Of a DNA stretch of 64,000 nucleotides, positions 43,241 through 56,966 are shown piece by piece. The DNA is from Eledone cirrhosa (Eukaryota), in NCBI GenBank assembly GCA_964016885.1, contig OZ024756.1:24552001-24616000 (forward strand), written 5' to 3'. Within the stretch, counting starts at the first letter, position 1, and the number at the start of each line of letters is the position of its first letter. A model generated the notes under the pieces. It was given only the letters and a program-made list of their open reading frames with translations. It did not search any database and had not been told where the DNA came from. The position numbers were made by a program, and so were the translations under genes.

Positions 43241-43977
43241 ATATATATATTTATATCTGTATTTTTAACCGCTGGTCAATCAATGATAAACATTGATTGC
43301 AAAATAAATTAACTATGGAGATATAAAAGATAGAGAAGCGAAAACCAACCCAAACCAAACACTGAGTGTGTTCTGTTATTATTTCTGGCAATATTATAAC
43401 AATATGACCCTCCCCAAGTATAACAATATATATATATATATATATATTAGAAATATAAGCTTTCACCGTATTTTTGACTAAAGAAATGTTTAGCCTGATA
43501 GTGGGGTTTAGAACCCTCAGAGAAATGGAAAAAGATGAGTATTGACGTACATGGGAGTCGAACCCACATCTTTGGTTATCCAGACCACTGTGAATTGGCA
43601 GTATCGGTAGAGGGTTGGGCGGCTTGCTTTCTAGCATAGTTACGTCCCTTTACAGTCTGAGTTCAAATCCCGCCGAGGTTAACTTTGCCTTTCATCCTTA
43701 CGGGGTCAATAAAATAAAGTACCAGTAATGCAGTGGTAATTGCTGGCCTTGTGCCAAAATGTAGAAACAATTATTTGTGGTATAAAAACGTTGAGGGTTG
43801 GTGAAATAAATCACTGTCACTATTGATTGAATAATCAAAACCGTAGCGGTATGTCGCATATCCAATCTCTCATATATTTTATCTGATGAAAACGTACTTA
43901 AACACCATTGTACATTTGAAATATATATTTTGGTTATGAGAATATTTTTCATTTATTAATATTTTGAATAATATATG

Positions 43978-44050
<73 letters not shown>

Positions 44051-44248
44051 ATATATATATATATTCAATAGCTTCTGATCCATCCAGATATAAAAACAAC
44101 AGCAGCAACAACAACAATAACATCAACAAAAACACTATATTTTCATATTTACCGCAGTATTTTATTGTTTAAATCAATGACATCTTAGAAAAGAATATTT
44201 TTGAGGAAACCATATTTAATTATCCTTCTATTATTTATGTATTATAAA

Positions 44249-44293
<45 letters not shown>

Positions 44294-44302
44294 CACACAC
44301 GC

Positions 44303-44375
<73 letters not shown>

Positions 44376-44454
44376 CAATAGCTATCGATCCATTTATTGA
44401 TTATGTATTATAAAGAACTTGTATATTTAACTGCTTATATTTAATCTAAAATTT

Positions 44455-45780
44455 TCAGTAGAAGTATCTAGGTGACTTACTACACACAACACAGGTTAAT
44501 TCTCTATTGTTCACGTATGGAGGACTTGGCAGTGACCCGACCATCGCTTGTACGTTATACAACAGAGCTCCGTTATCGTTTTTGTAACCGGCTAGGTCAG
44601 CTTCAGGTTCTTTATCGACACATATGTATTCACTTCTACCTTTGTGACCATAATGTTCTGTCATCAGGTACCCCCAATATTCAGTTTGCCAACCAGTATA
44701 ACATTCTATTCGTCCTGGAATCATTATTACCGAAGCCGGTGATTTAGTTTCACAGACTGCGCAAGGAACGTCTTGATCATGTAAAGAGTAGTCCTGTTTA
44801 TTGATAAACATTCCATTTTTTGGGCTACTTTTGTAATTTGACAGTTCATACTCTACACCGTAAATAGTAGCAGCAACTTCAAAAGCGTCTGAGTAGTTGC
44901 CCCATTGCGGTTTCGATGTTAGACACAGAAAATTGCTTCCACCCCCAATGTGTGTATAAAACTGTCCTGCAGCGAAACCTATCAACAAATATAAGAAAAG
45001 AAAAGAGAATTTCAGCTTCTATTATTCAACATCTAATGAACCAAAACATATATATAGGGTCAATGGTAAATATGTGTTCTAGTGTACTCTTTGTAATATC
45101 AATTCAATCTGTTACATGTCGATCCCTAAAGAACTAGGCAGAACCTAATCAGCAGTTATACTTCGTACATATTTCGTCTTAGAAAGTCAGTATAAAGATG
45201 TTAAAACATTGAAACGAATGTGTGAAAATGTATGTTACAAGATTTCATAAGGTGTAGAAAACTATTTCTTTTTCTTTGTCAATATTGAAAGGTGTTTGTG
45301 TTATAGTGTAGATTTTTGAAAACAAAAATATCCAATGTTAAAATCTAGCACTTTATATTCTTACCTGAATAGACTTTAGTAGCTGTTTTAGCGGTGCAAT
45401 TTTTCTTTCCCCACTGTGTATATACCGCACCAGGAAGGGAACCTGCAAGATAATTAAGCTTAATATAGAAATTTCTTTCTATATATATATATATGATACT
45501 ATTGGATATGTATTAGTCTAAAAACACATTCGTTGAAATCCAAAATTAATGGAAATGTATATTTGTCGATATTAAGATTGATCGAAGGCGATATTAATCG
45601 AATGACATATAAATTAAATGACACATTGATCGAAATACAAATTCTTAGAAAAATATTCCTCGAAAATATTAATGCTTATGTATATTAATACTAACATACT
45701 CTTAGCACATATAAGTAAATATTACTGATTATCTAGTAATAAATATAGTAAATAATACACACATATATATAGCAACTGAA

Positions 45781-45814
<34 letters not shown>

Positions 45815-45938
45815 CATATTCCACTTCAGTTTATTGTCTTATATCACACCCGTTATGTATATTTCAAAGGCATTAAATGTCCTTATGTAATACCTGTTTA
45901 ATGAATTGTTATTAGACAGGTGCTGAAAGAGAGAAGGT

Positions 45939-45998
<60 letters not shown>

Positions 45999-47611
45999 TA
46001 GACAGAGAGAGAGCGAATATGCATAGAGACATGGTATTGAAAGTGCATATATAAATATTTTTTCTAACCTTGCACAAGGTCAGCATCTTTGGAGGGAAAG
46101 AGAAAGTCAGTTTATAACGACCCGATTTCATTACTCGTACTTATTTTATCGATCTCAGAAGGGATTTGAGCCCAGAACAAAGGCCGGAAATATTTTGTCC
46201 GCTGCTTTGACAATTCTGCCAATCCACCACTCTAGTGTATATAGAAATAATGTCAAATGTGTGTACAATAGTTATCAAAAGGTGTCACTTACTTTGCAAT
46301 GGAGTAAACCTCGTCTGAAATTATAGAGCAAATATAGTTGTGTCAGATATGTTATAAATATATTTGAATAAAGTAGTAGTAGATACATGCAGGTTAGTAG
46401 GATTATTTAATTGGCAGTATCGGGAGAGCATTGGACACCATGCTTTCTAGCATAGTTACGTCCCTTTACAGTCTGAGTTCAAATCCCACCGAGGTTAACT
46501 TTGCCTTTCATCCTTACGGGGTCGATGAAATAAAGTACCAGTAATGTACTGGGTAATTGCTGGCCTTGTGCCTATATAAGAAACAATTATTTACCATACT
46601 GTAGCAGTGGTAGTAGTAGTAGTAGTAGTAATGATAACAGTAGTAGTAGTCGTAGTAGTAATAGCAGCAGCAGCAGTAGTAATAGTTGGTAATAGTTGGT
46701 TCGTGAAGGTACGTAGCTTAGTGGTTAGCGTATTGAGCTTATGATTATAATGTCGTGACAACGACATCTGGACCGGGTAAAATTCTTGAACAAAATACTT
46801 CATTTCGGGTTGGTTGAGGTCAATTCAGCTGAATATAAGTACCATCAGCAGTAACATCTGGCAGTTAACCCTGTGATCAGTTCACATCTGGGAGTCAGCT
46901 CCCAGTCGTTTAACGCCAATGAAACTGCTATAAGGTGAGCCTTTTGGTCCTAGAGACCAAATTTAACTAAATCTAATGGTCAAAATATTAAAATATTTTG
47001 ACCATTAGATTTAGTTAAATTTGGTCTTAATCCGTCTCCCAGTTTAAACCAACAACATAGCATATAGATGTCTTTAGTATTGGACCAGGCCTCCGGCTTT
47101 AAAATACATTCTCCCACCTGTTTCTGAGGCTCTGAAAAGAATCATGAATGGTGCTCCAAAGCATTTGTGCATGTTCTAGGAATCCTGGAAATACCGTGCG
47201 ACTAGCTTTCTGGACAGATGTATCAATCAGTTTGTTCTTTACCAGGTATTTTGATATTCTCCAAGCCAGTACTCCGTTAATCATGTTTCAATACATACTA
47301 AGGAGAGATATCGGCTCCTTCCTTCTATTTTAACTTGAAGAGATATTCTCGTAAGATTGAAGTTGAAGCCATCTTGTTGCCAGTTCTGCTCTCTTGGTTA
47401 ACAAATAATTTTCTAGTTGCAGGATATTACTGGTATAGGAGAACGTGAACCATCTGCTTTCGAGTCTCTCTCTCTCTCTATATATACATAAGTGTGTATG
47501 TGCGTGTGTTGAAGTATGTATAAATTTCTGTATGTATGTTGAAATATTTCAACCGTGAAAGCCATTACCTGTTTCCTCCCCTTCGCCACAACCATAAGGC
47601 AGAGAATGACT

Positions 47612-47647
<36 letters not shown>

Positions 47648-48781
47648 CGGTACATGGTGCTAGAAGATGATACAGGGTAGTACATGACGATACATGACGG
47701 CACATGACAGTACATGACGGTACATGCTGACACAAGCCGACACAGGACGGTACAGGATCGTGCAAAACGGTACAGGACTGTACCGGACGTTACATTAATG
47801 TAGATGATGGTACAGGACGGTACAGTATGACACAGGATGGTACAGGACGGTATAGGCTGACACAGGACGGTACAGGACGAGACACGATGACACAAGACGG
47901 TACAGACTTACACACGACTCAACAAACGATACAAAATTAGGTTTTTGCCTGCAAAAAAGGTATTAACAAGAAAAACAACAGACGGAAAAACATTCAGATA
48001 AAATAATAAATTCCAGGACAGGGGCGAAACTTCCAAGAATCACTCATGGAAAAAGTCCACAAGAACCACAGTCATCCTGACCACAACGGCAAGTGCCCCC
48101 ACCCTATTGTCCTCCTCCAATTCACAAGTGCATACACAAAGCAGATTAGTTCATTCGGACCATGCTCACCCCTCTCACCTAACTTTCGCTGGAAGGCAGC
48201 AGTTTCCATATATATTAAGGCGAGATATCGGTTCCTTCTTTCCATGCCCACAGTCGTAATCTTGTCAATCTCGAGCAATGTTTATAGATCTTGTACGATA
48301 TAATTGCCTCAGTCATCTATATCGATTTCTTATTACACAATATGAAATTAAACATTGGTGAAGTATAGTTTAATGTTCAGTTCACATCCTAGTTATTAAT
48401 AAACTACATTGTAATCATATCACCTTGCTTCCATATAGCGACAGATTAAGGGAGGGATAATATCTAAAGAGAACCAAGTAATTTTCTTTTTTTTTTCTTT
48501 GCTACACAAGTGGTTCGATGAAACTTTCAGCCTGGTGCCTAAGGTAAATTTAACCCGACCCGGTTCCTACATAATACCAGTTATAATAAATTTCTAGAAA
48601 AGAAACTTACCGGTGGAATTGTTGAGGTGATGGCTCTTTTTTCTAACTGTGCGACACGTGAGGACTGATGTAAGACAGCCACAGTCATGAGAACTACCAT
48701 AACACCAACCAACACGAGAGGAACAGTGAGTTTCTGTTTTAACTTGAAGAGATATTCTCGTAAGGTTGAAGTTGAAGTCAT
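44455..48781 (-). CDS. Short-chain collagen C4 (NC1)-like domain protein with N-terminal signal anchor, copy 1 (264 aa)
   Basis: Exons 48781-48611, 46314-46293 (22-nt microexon), 45442-45365 and 44978-44455. GT-AG, phases 0/1/1, 795 nt in total. Motifs YTQWGKKNC, GGGSNFLCL, DQDVPCAVC, MIPGR..C..GW..EY.GYLM, EYICVD and ELTCVVCSK. Confidence 0.85.
46954..47027. repeat. Perfect 74-bp palindrome (36-bp arms), present in each array unit
   Basis: agaccaaatttaactaaatctaatggtcaaaatatt-aa-aatattttgaccattagatttagttaaatttggtct. Also at ~54833 and ~63064. Confidence 0.9.
47060..47325 (-). mobile_element. RT fragment of an R2/NeSL-type non-LTR retrotransposon (present in each unit)
   Basis: PISLLSM...MINGVLAWRISKYLVKNKLIDTSVQKA...FPGFLEHAQMLWSTIH. 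Confidence 0.65.
47328..47640 (-). pseudogene. Truncated intronic duplicate of the C4-like gene's upstream region and 5' half of exon 1 (MASTSILREYLFKLK*)
   Basis: Aligns to 48740-49200 with an internal deletion. A TAG follows at the LINE junction. Confidence 0.75.
47645..47920. repeat. Degenerate 10-bp minisatellite (acaggacggt)n
   Basis: Seen directly, and repeated in units 2 and 3. Confidence 0.8.
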
Positions 48782-49018
48782 CTTGTTGCCAGTTCTGCTC
48801 TCTTGGTTAACAAATAATTTTCTAGTTGAAGTGTATTACTGGTATAGGAGAACGTGAACTATCTGCTTTCGAGTCTCTCTCTCTATATTTATATACATTT
48901 ATAAGTGTGTGTGTGTGTGTGTGTTGAAGTATGTATACATTTCTGTATGTATGTATTATGTTGTGAGAAGAAAGGCTCTTTTAAAAGTATTTCATCCAAG
49001 AATGCCTTGTGGGTGTGG

Positions 49019-49077
<59 letters not shown>

Positions 49078-50103
49078 GAAGTATATATAAATGTCTGTAT
49101 GTATGTTGAATAATTCAACCGTGAAGGCCATTACGTGTTTCCTCCCCTTCGCCACAGCCATAAGGCAGAAAATGACTTGATGATGATGATGATGATGATG
49201 TTGTTGTTATTGTGGTGGTGGTGGTGTATGCTGCTGTTGTTGTTGTGGTGGTGGTGGTGTATGCTGCTGTTGTTGTGGTTGTGGTGGTGGTGGTGGTGAT
49301 GGTGTTTGCTTCTAAAAGAAAATACGTATTTGAATCCTTTGTTAATGGTAACATCAGGTTGTAACGTTTTGTTAGGTTAAATAGTCTTTACATACCTAAG
49401 AAGGAAAATATGTCGCTATCGCCGTCCTCATCATCATCATCATCATCATTACCACCTTCAAGTCGAAATTCTCCTTTCGTTTTCTCAGGATAGATAAAAT
49501 CAAGTACCAGTTAACTACTGTTCTCTTTTTAATTGATAATCTCACCCGTTAACATTGCTGGTCTTATTAGGAAAAGTCCCCCCTCAGAAAAAAGTGGTCC
49601 TCTCAGGTCAGACCTTCCTCAAGATCTGGACATCAGGACAGGACGTTACCAAACCCTTGATGAGGTCCTCAGAGGACATTTCAACATGAAAAGGCCCTCA
49701 CCAACAAGTTCCATTTAAAGATGAAGGTAAAGGTAGAGATCGAGGTGCTACCTTCCAGTAGGTTTATATAAAAGATAGGTGGGATTGAAGAAATTTGCTT
49801 GATAAAAGGGATCCCACTCTATGAAGGTGTCTGTTGTTGGTGAACGGCCGTTGTAGTTGGTGTTACAGGCTAGTTATCCGTAGTTGTATGTGAGATACCC
49901 CTAACGTACCCTAACGATTTTTGTACATCGCTCTATGCATTTCAAGAGCCTTTCTAATTATTATATTTAGTTGTGATATAATTTTAGCAGTATCTATTAT
50001 TGTGTCTATATGGTTATTATTGTTCTGACGGTCCCCTTTTTACATCATCTAACACTTTCTCTCCATTCGTTGTTTCTTGTTTCTTGTTGTTGTGTTTACC
50101 AGT

Positions 50104-50153
<50 letters not shown>

Positions 50154-50296
50154 TCATGGAATGAAAAAGAAATATGAGCAAGCTCTCTCTTTAATGTCCT
50201 CTTGTATAAATGGTTACGGTTGTGTCAATAATAATTATAATTATGTTTGAAAGAATATTATTGTCTATGTCCCCACCTTTAAATACAATATATATA

Positions 50297-50409
<113 letters not shown>

Positions 50410-50457
50410 AGTATATCTGTATTTAAATACCTTTAAATACAAAAATACAATATATAT

Positions 50458-50506
<49 letters not shown>

Positions 50507-50682
50507 ATTTTTGTATTTAAAGGTGGGGACAGCATGCATACTTGTAAGCATACATGTGTCTGAATGTATATATTTATGCATATATGTATATATATTTACA
50601 TGTAAATACTTATATATACACAGAGGATGTATACATATACATTCATATAAGTAATTATCTGCCTTAAAGCTATGGTGACGGC

Positions 50683-50892
50683 GGCATTCTTGGATGGAAT
50701 ATTTTTAAAAGAGCCTTTCTTCTCGCAACATAATACATACATACAGAAATGTATACATACTTCAACACACACACACACACACACTTATAAATGTATATAA
50801 ATATAGAGAGAGAGACTCGAAAGCAGATAGTTCACGTTCTCCTATACCAGTAATACACTTCAACTAGAAAATTATTTGTTAACCAAGAGAGC
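50683..50892 (+). repeat. Inverted 210-bp copy of the C4-like gene's immediate upstream/5' UTR sequence (48797-49006)
   Basis: Near-perfect reverse complement. Also present in unit 2 (~58675-58884). Confidence 0.85.
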
Positions 50893-51803
50893 TTTCTCAG
50901 TTCAAATACCACCGATGTCAACTTTGCCTTTCATCCATCTGAGGTCGATAAAAACCTACCAGTTTGGTACTGGGGTCGATTCTTCCTCTCTCTTTCTTAC
51001 TTCCATTCTCTCACTCTCTATTCTTCTCTGTGAATAATTGTTTCTACTTTTGGCCCAAGGCCAGCAATTACCCCAGTGCATTACTGGTACTTTATTTTAT
51101 CGACCCCGTAAGGATGAAAGGCAAAGTTAACCTCGGCGGGATTTGAACTCAGAATTTGAACTCAGGATTTGAAGTCAGGATTTGAACTCAGAATGGCAAG
51201 GGTCGTAACTCCATGCGTCAAAGCATGGCGTTCGACCCTCTACCGAATAATTTACTGTATTCAGACCTGGAGAGGAGATGGGCTCCGCCAGGTTTAAAAA
51301 TGCCCTAGAAAGGCTATATGTCACTACGGTGTCTCTACCACTTCATCAGGTATTATGGGACCACACCATGCTAATATACAACAATATTTTCTATATAATT
51401 TCAGACAAAATTTATTCCGGCACCCCCTCTACGTAAGTAACACATTTGGATATTTATTACTCACAGATTTTACATTATTTGTATTTAAACCTATATGGTG
51501 GATTGGCTACATACAGTTATTATTTGTATATACAAGGACGGTGGATTGGCAGTATCAGTAGAGAGACGGACACCATGTTGTTCAGCATAGAGTTACGACC
51601 CTTTACGGTCTGAGTTAAAATTCCGCCGAGGTTAACTTTGCCTTTCATTCTTACGAGGTCGATAAAATAAAGTACCAGTAATGTACAGGAGTCGATTTAA
51701 TCGACTTTCACCCTCCCCAGAATTACTGGCTTTGTGCTTAAATTAGAACTCATTATTTGTATATACACTTTCTAGCAATGTCTATATACATCCCACAGTC
51801 TTT

Positions 51804-51838
<35 letters not shown>

Positions 51839-51982
51839 AATATATGTGTGTGTGTGTGTGTGTATATCTTACAATGCAATACAATGACATTGTCAAGCGT
51901 AATCATGTTAGTAAGGAATATTGGTAAATATATTTTGGTTATGAGAATATTTTATATTTATTAATATTTTGAATAATATATG

Positions 51983-52057
<75 letters not shown>

Positions 52058-52192
52058 ATATATATATATATTCAATAGCTTCCGATCCATCCAGATATAA
52101 AAAACAACAGCAGCAACAACAACAATAACATCAACAAAAACTCTATATTTTCATATTTACCGCAGTATTTTATTGTTTAAATCAATGACATC

Positions 52193-53520
52193 TTAGAAAA
52201 GAATATTTTTGAAGTATCTAGGTGACTTACTACACACAACACAGGTTAATTCTCTATTGTTCACGTATGGAGGACTTGGCAGTGACCCGACCATCGCTTG
52301 TACGTTATACAACAGAGCTCCGTTATCGCTTTTGTAACCGGCTGGGTCAGCTTCAGGTTCTTTATCGACACATATGTATTCACTTCTACCTTTGTGACCA
52401 TAATGTTCTGTCATCAGGTACCCCCAATATTCAGTTTGCCAACCAGTATAGCATTCTATTCGTCCTGGAATCATTATTACCGAAGCCGGTGATTTAGTTT
52501 CACAGACTGCGCAAGGAACGTCTTGATCATGTAAAGAGTAGTCATGTTTATTGATAAACATTCCATTTTTTGGGCTACTTTTGTAATTTGACAGTTCATA
52601 CTCTACACCGTAAATAGTAGCAGCAACTTCAAAAGCGTCTGAGTAGTTTCCCCATTGCGGTTTCGATGTTAGACACAGAAAATTGCTTCCACCTCCAGCG
52701 TGTGTAAAAAACTGTCCTGCAGCGAAACCTATCAACAAATATAAGAAAAGTAAAGAGAATTTCAGCTTCTATTATTCAACATCTAATGAACCAAAACATA
52801 TATATAGGGTCAATGGTAAATATGTCTTCTTTGTAATATCAATTCAATCTGTTACATGTCGATCCCTAAAGAACTAGGCAGAACCTAATCAGCAGTTATA
52901 CTTCGTACATATTTCGTCTTAGAAAGTCAGTATAAAGATGTTAAAACATTGAAACGAATGTGTGAAAATGTATGTTACAAGATTTCATAAGGTGTAGAAA
53001 ACTATTTCTTTTTCTTTGTCAATATTGAAAGGTGTTTGTGTTATAGTGTAGATTTTTGAAAACAAAAATATCCAATGTTAAAATCTAGCACTTTATATTC
53101 TTACCTGAATAGACTTTAGTAGCTGTTTTAGCGGTGCAATTTTTCTTTCCCCACTGTGTATATACCGCACCAGGAAGGGAACCTGCAAGATAATTAAGCT
53201 TAATATAGAAATTTCTTTCTATATATATATATATGATACTATTGGATATGTATTAGTCTAAAAACACATTCGTTGAAATACAAAATTAGTGGAAATGTAT
53301 ATTTGTCGATATTAAGATTGATCGAAGGCGATATTAATCGAATGACATATAAATTAAATGACACATTGATCGAAATACAAATTCTTAGAAAAATATTCCT
53401 CGAAAATATTAATGCTTATGTATATTAATACTAACATACTCTTAGCACATATAAGTAAATATTACTGATTATCTAGTAATAAATATAGTAAATAATACAC
53501 ACATATATATAGCAACTGAA

Positions 53521-53554
<34 letters not shown>

Positions 53555-53678
53555 CATATTCCACTTCAGTTTATTGTCTTATATCACACCCGTTATGTAT
53601 ATTTCAAAGGCATTAAATGTCCTTATGTAATACCTGTTTAATGAATTGTTATTAGACAGGTGCTGAAAGAGAGAAGGT

Positions 53679-53739
<61 letters not shown>

Positions 53740-56654
53740 TAGACAGAGAGAGAGCGAATATGCATAGAGACATGGTATTGAAAGTGCATATATAAATATT
53801 TTTTCTAACCTTGCACAAGGTCAGCATCTTTGGAGGGAAAGAGAAAGTCAGTTTATAACGACCCGATTTCATTACTCGTACTTATTTTATCGATCTCAGA
53901 AGGGATTTGAGCCCAGAACAAAGGCCGGAAATATTTTGTCCGCTGCTTTGACAATTCTGCCAATCCACCACTCTAGTGTATATAGAAATAATGTCAAATG
54001 TGTGTACAATAGTTATCAAAAGGTGTCACTTACTTTGCAATGGAGTAAACCTCGTCTGAAATTATAGAGCAAATATAGTTGTGTCAGATATGTTATAAAT
54101 ATATTTGAATAAAGTAGTAGTAGATACATGCAGGTTAGTAGGATTATTTAATTGGCAGTATCGGGAGAGCATTGGACACCATGCTTTCTAGCATAGTTAC
54201 GTCCCTTTACAGTCTGAGTTCAAATCCCACCGAGGTTAACTTTGCCTTTCATCCTTACGGGGTCGATGAAATAAAGTACCAGTAATGTACTGGGTAATTG
54301 CTGGCCTTGTGCCTATATAAGAAACAATTATTTACCATACTGTAGCAGTGGAAGTAGTAGTAGTAGTAGTAGTAGTAATGATAACAGTAGTAGTAGTAGT
54401 AGTAGTCGTAGTAGTAATAGCAGCAGCAGTAGTAATAGTAAAATTAGCAGCAGCAGTAGTAGTAGTAGCAGAGCAGCAACATCAGCAGTACTAGTAGTAG
54501 TTGTATATATTTGAGTGTAGCTTTTTTTCCGACAATTGTTGTTTTTGCTGCTGTGTATTTTGTACTGGTAATAGTTGGTTCGTGAAGGTACGTAGCTTAG
54601 TGGTTAGCGTATTGAGCTCATGATTATAATGTCGTGACAACGACAGCTGGACCGGGTAAAATTCTTGAACAAAATACTTCATTTCGGGTTGGTTGAGGTC
54701 AATTCAGCTGAATATAAGTACCATCAGCAGTAACATCTGGCAGTTAACCCTGTGATCAGTTCACATCTGGGAGTCAGCTCCCAGTCGTTTAACGCCAATG
54801 AAACTGCTATAAGGTGAGCCTTTTGGTCCTAGAGACCAAATTTAACTAAATCTAATGGTCAAAATATTAAAATATTTTGACCATTAGATTTAGTTAAATT
54901 TGGTCTTAATCCGTCTCCCAGTTTAAACCAACAACATAGCATATAGATGTCTTTAGTATTGGACCAGGCCTCCGGCTTTAAAATACATTCTCCCACCTGT
55001 TTCTGAGGCTCTGAAAAGAATCATGAATGGTGCTCCAAAGCATTTGTGCATGTTCTAGGAATCCTGGAAATACCGTGCGACTAGCTTTCTGGACAGATGT
55101 ATCAATCAGTTTGTTCTTTACCAGGTATTTTGATATTCTCCAAGCCAGTACTCCGTTAATCATGTTTCAATACATACTAAGGAGAGATATCGGCTCCTTC
55201 CTTCTATTTTAACTTGAAGAGATATTCTCGTAAGATTGAAGTTGAAGTCATCTTGTTGCCAGTTCTGCTCTCTTGGTTAACAAATAATTTTCTAGTTGCA
55301 GGATATTACTGGTATAGGAGAACGTGAACCATCTGCTTTCGAGTCTCTCTCTCTCTCTATATATACATAAGTGTGTATGTGCGTGTGTTGAAGTATGTAT
55401 AAATTTCTGTATGTATGTTGAAATATTTCAACCGTGAAAGCCATTACCTGTTTCCTCCCCTTCGCCACAACCATAAGGCAGAGAATGACTTGATGATGAT
55501 GATGATGATGATGATGATGACGGTACATGGTGCTAGAAGATGATACAGGGTAGTACATGACGATACATGACGGCACATGACAGTACATGACGGTACATGC
55601 TGACACAAGCCGACACAGGACGGTACAGGATCGTGCAAAACGGTACAGGACTGTACCGGACGTTACATTAATGTAGATGATGGTACAGGACGGTACAGTA
55701 TGACACAGGATGGTACAGGACGGTATAGGCTGACACAGGACGGTACAGGACGAGACACGATGACACAAGACGGTACAGACTTACACACGACTCAACAAAC
55801 GATACAAAATTAGGTTTTTGCCTGCAAAAAAGGTATTAACAAGAAAAACAACAGACGGAAAAACATTCAGATAAAATAATAAATTCCAGGACAGGGGCGA
55901 AACTTCCAAGAATCACTCATGGAAAAAGTCCACAAGAACCACAGTCATCCTGACCACAACGGCAAGTGCCCCCACCCTATTGTCCTCCTCCAATTCACAA
56001 GTGCATACACAAAGCAGATTAGTTCATTCGGACCATGCTCACCCCTCTCACCTAACTTTCGCTGGAAGGCAGCAGTTTCCATATATATTAAGGCGAGATA
56101 TCGGTTCCTTCTTTCCATGCCCACAGTCGTAATCTTGTCAATCTCGAGCAATGTTTATAGATCTTGTACGATATAATTGCCTCAGTCATCTATATCGATT
56201 TCTTATTACACAATATGAAATTAAACATTGGTGAAGTATAGTTTAATGTTCAGTTCACATCCTAGTTATTAATAAACTACATTGTAATCATATCACCTTG
56301 CTTCCATATAGCGACAGATTAAGGGAGGGATAATATCTAAAGAGAACCAAGTAATTTTCTTTTTTTTTTCTTTGCTACACAAGTGGTTCGATGAACCTTT
56401 CAGCCTGGTGCCTAAGGTAAATTTAACCCGACCCGGTTCCTACATAATACCAGTTATAATAAATTTCTAGAAAAGAAACTTACCGGTGGAATTGTTGAGG
56501 TGATGGCTCTTTTTTCTAACTGTGCGACACGTGAGGACTGATGTAAGACAGCCACAGTCATGAGAACTACCATAACACCAACCAACACGAGAGGAACAGT
56601 GAGTTTCTGTTTTAACTTGAAGAGATATTCTCGTAAGGTTGAAGTTGAAGTCAT
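52193..56654 (-). CDS. C4 (NC1)-like domain protein, copy 2 (268 aa, C-terminus ...PRYFKNILF)
   Basis: Exons 56654-56484, 54055-54034, 53182-53105 and 52728-52193, total 807 nt. Confidence 0.85.
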
Positions 56655-56891
56655 CTTGTTGCCAGTTCTGCTCTCTTGGTTAACAAATAATTTTCTAGTT
56701 GAAGTGTATTACTGGTATAGGAGAACGTGAACTATCTGCTTTCGAGTCTCTCTCTCTATATTTATATACATTTATAAGTGTGTGTGTGTGTGTGTGTTGA
56801 AGTATGTATACATTTCTGTATGTGTGTATTATGTTGCGAGAAGAAAGGCTCTTTTAAAAATATTTCATCCAAGAATGCCTTGTGGGTGTGG

Positions 56892-56966
<75 letters not shown>

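Noticed and set aside
47413-47895. 160-aa Cys/His-rich ORF repeated in each unit
   Set aside because: It is made of a 10-bp minisatellite plus (GAT)n, and the copy-3 version is truncated by a frameshift.
51320-51352. CTGATGA motif (- strand) in each array unit
   Set aside because: No stem II or GAAA box follows it.
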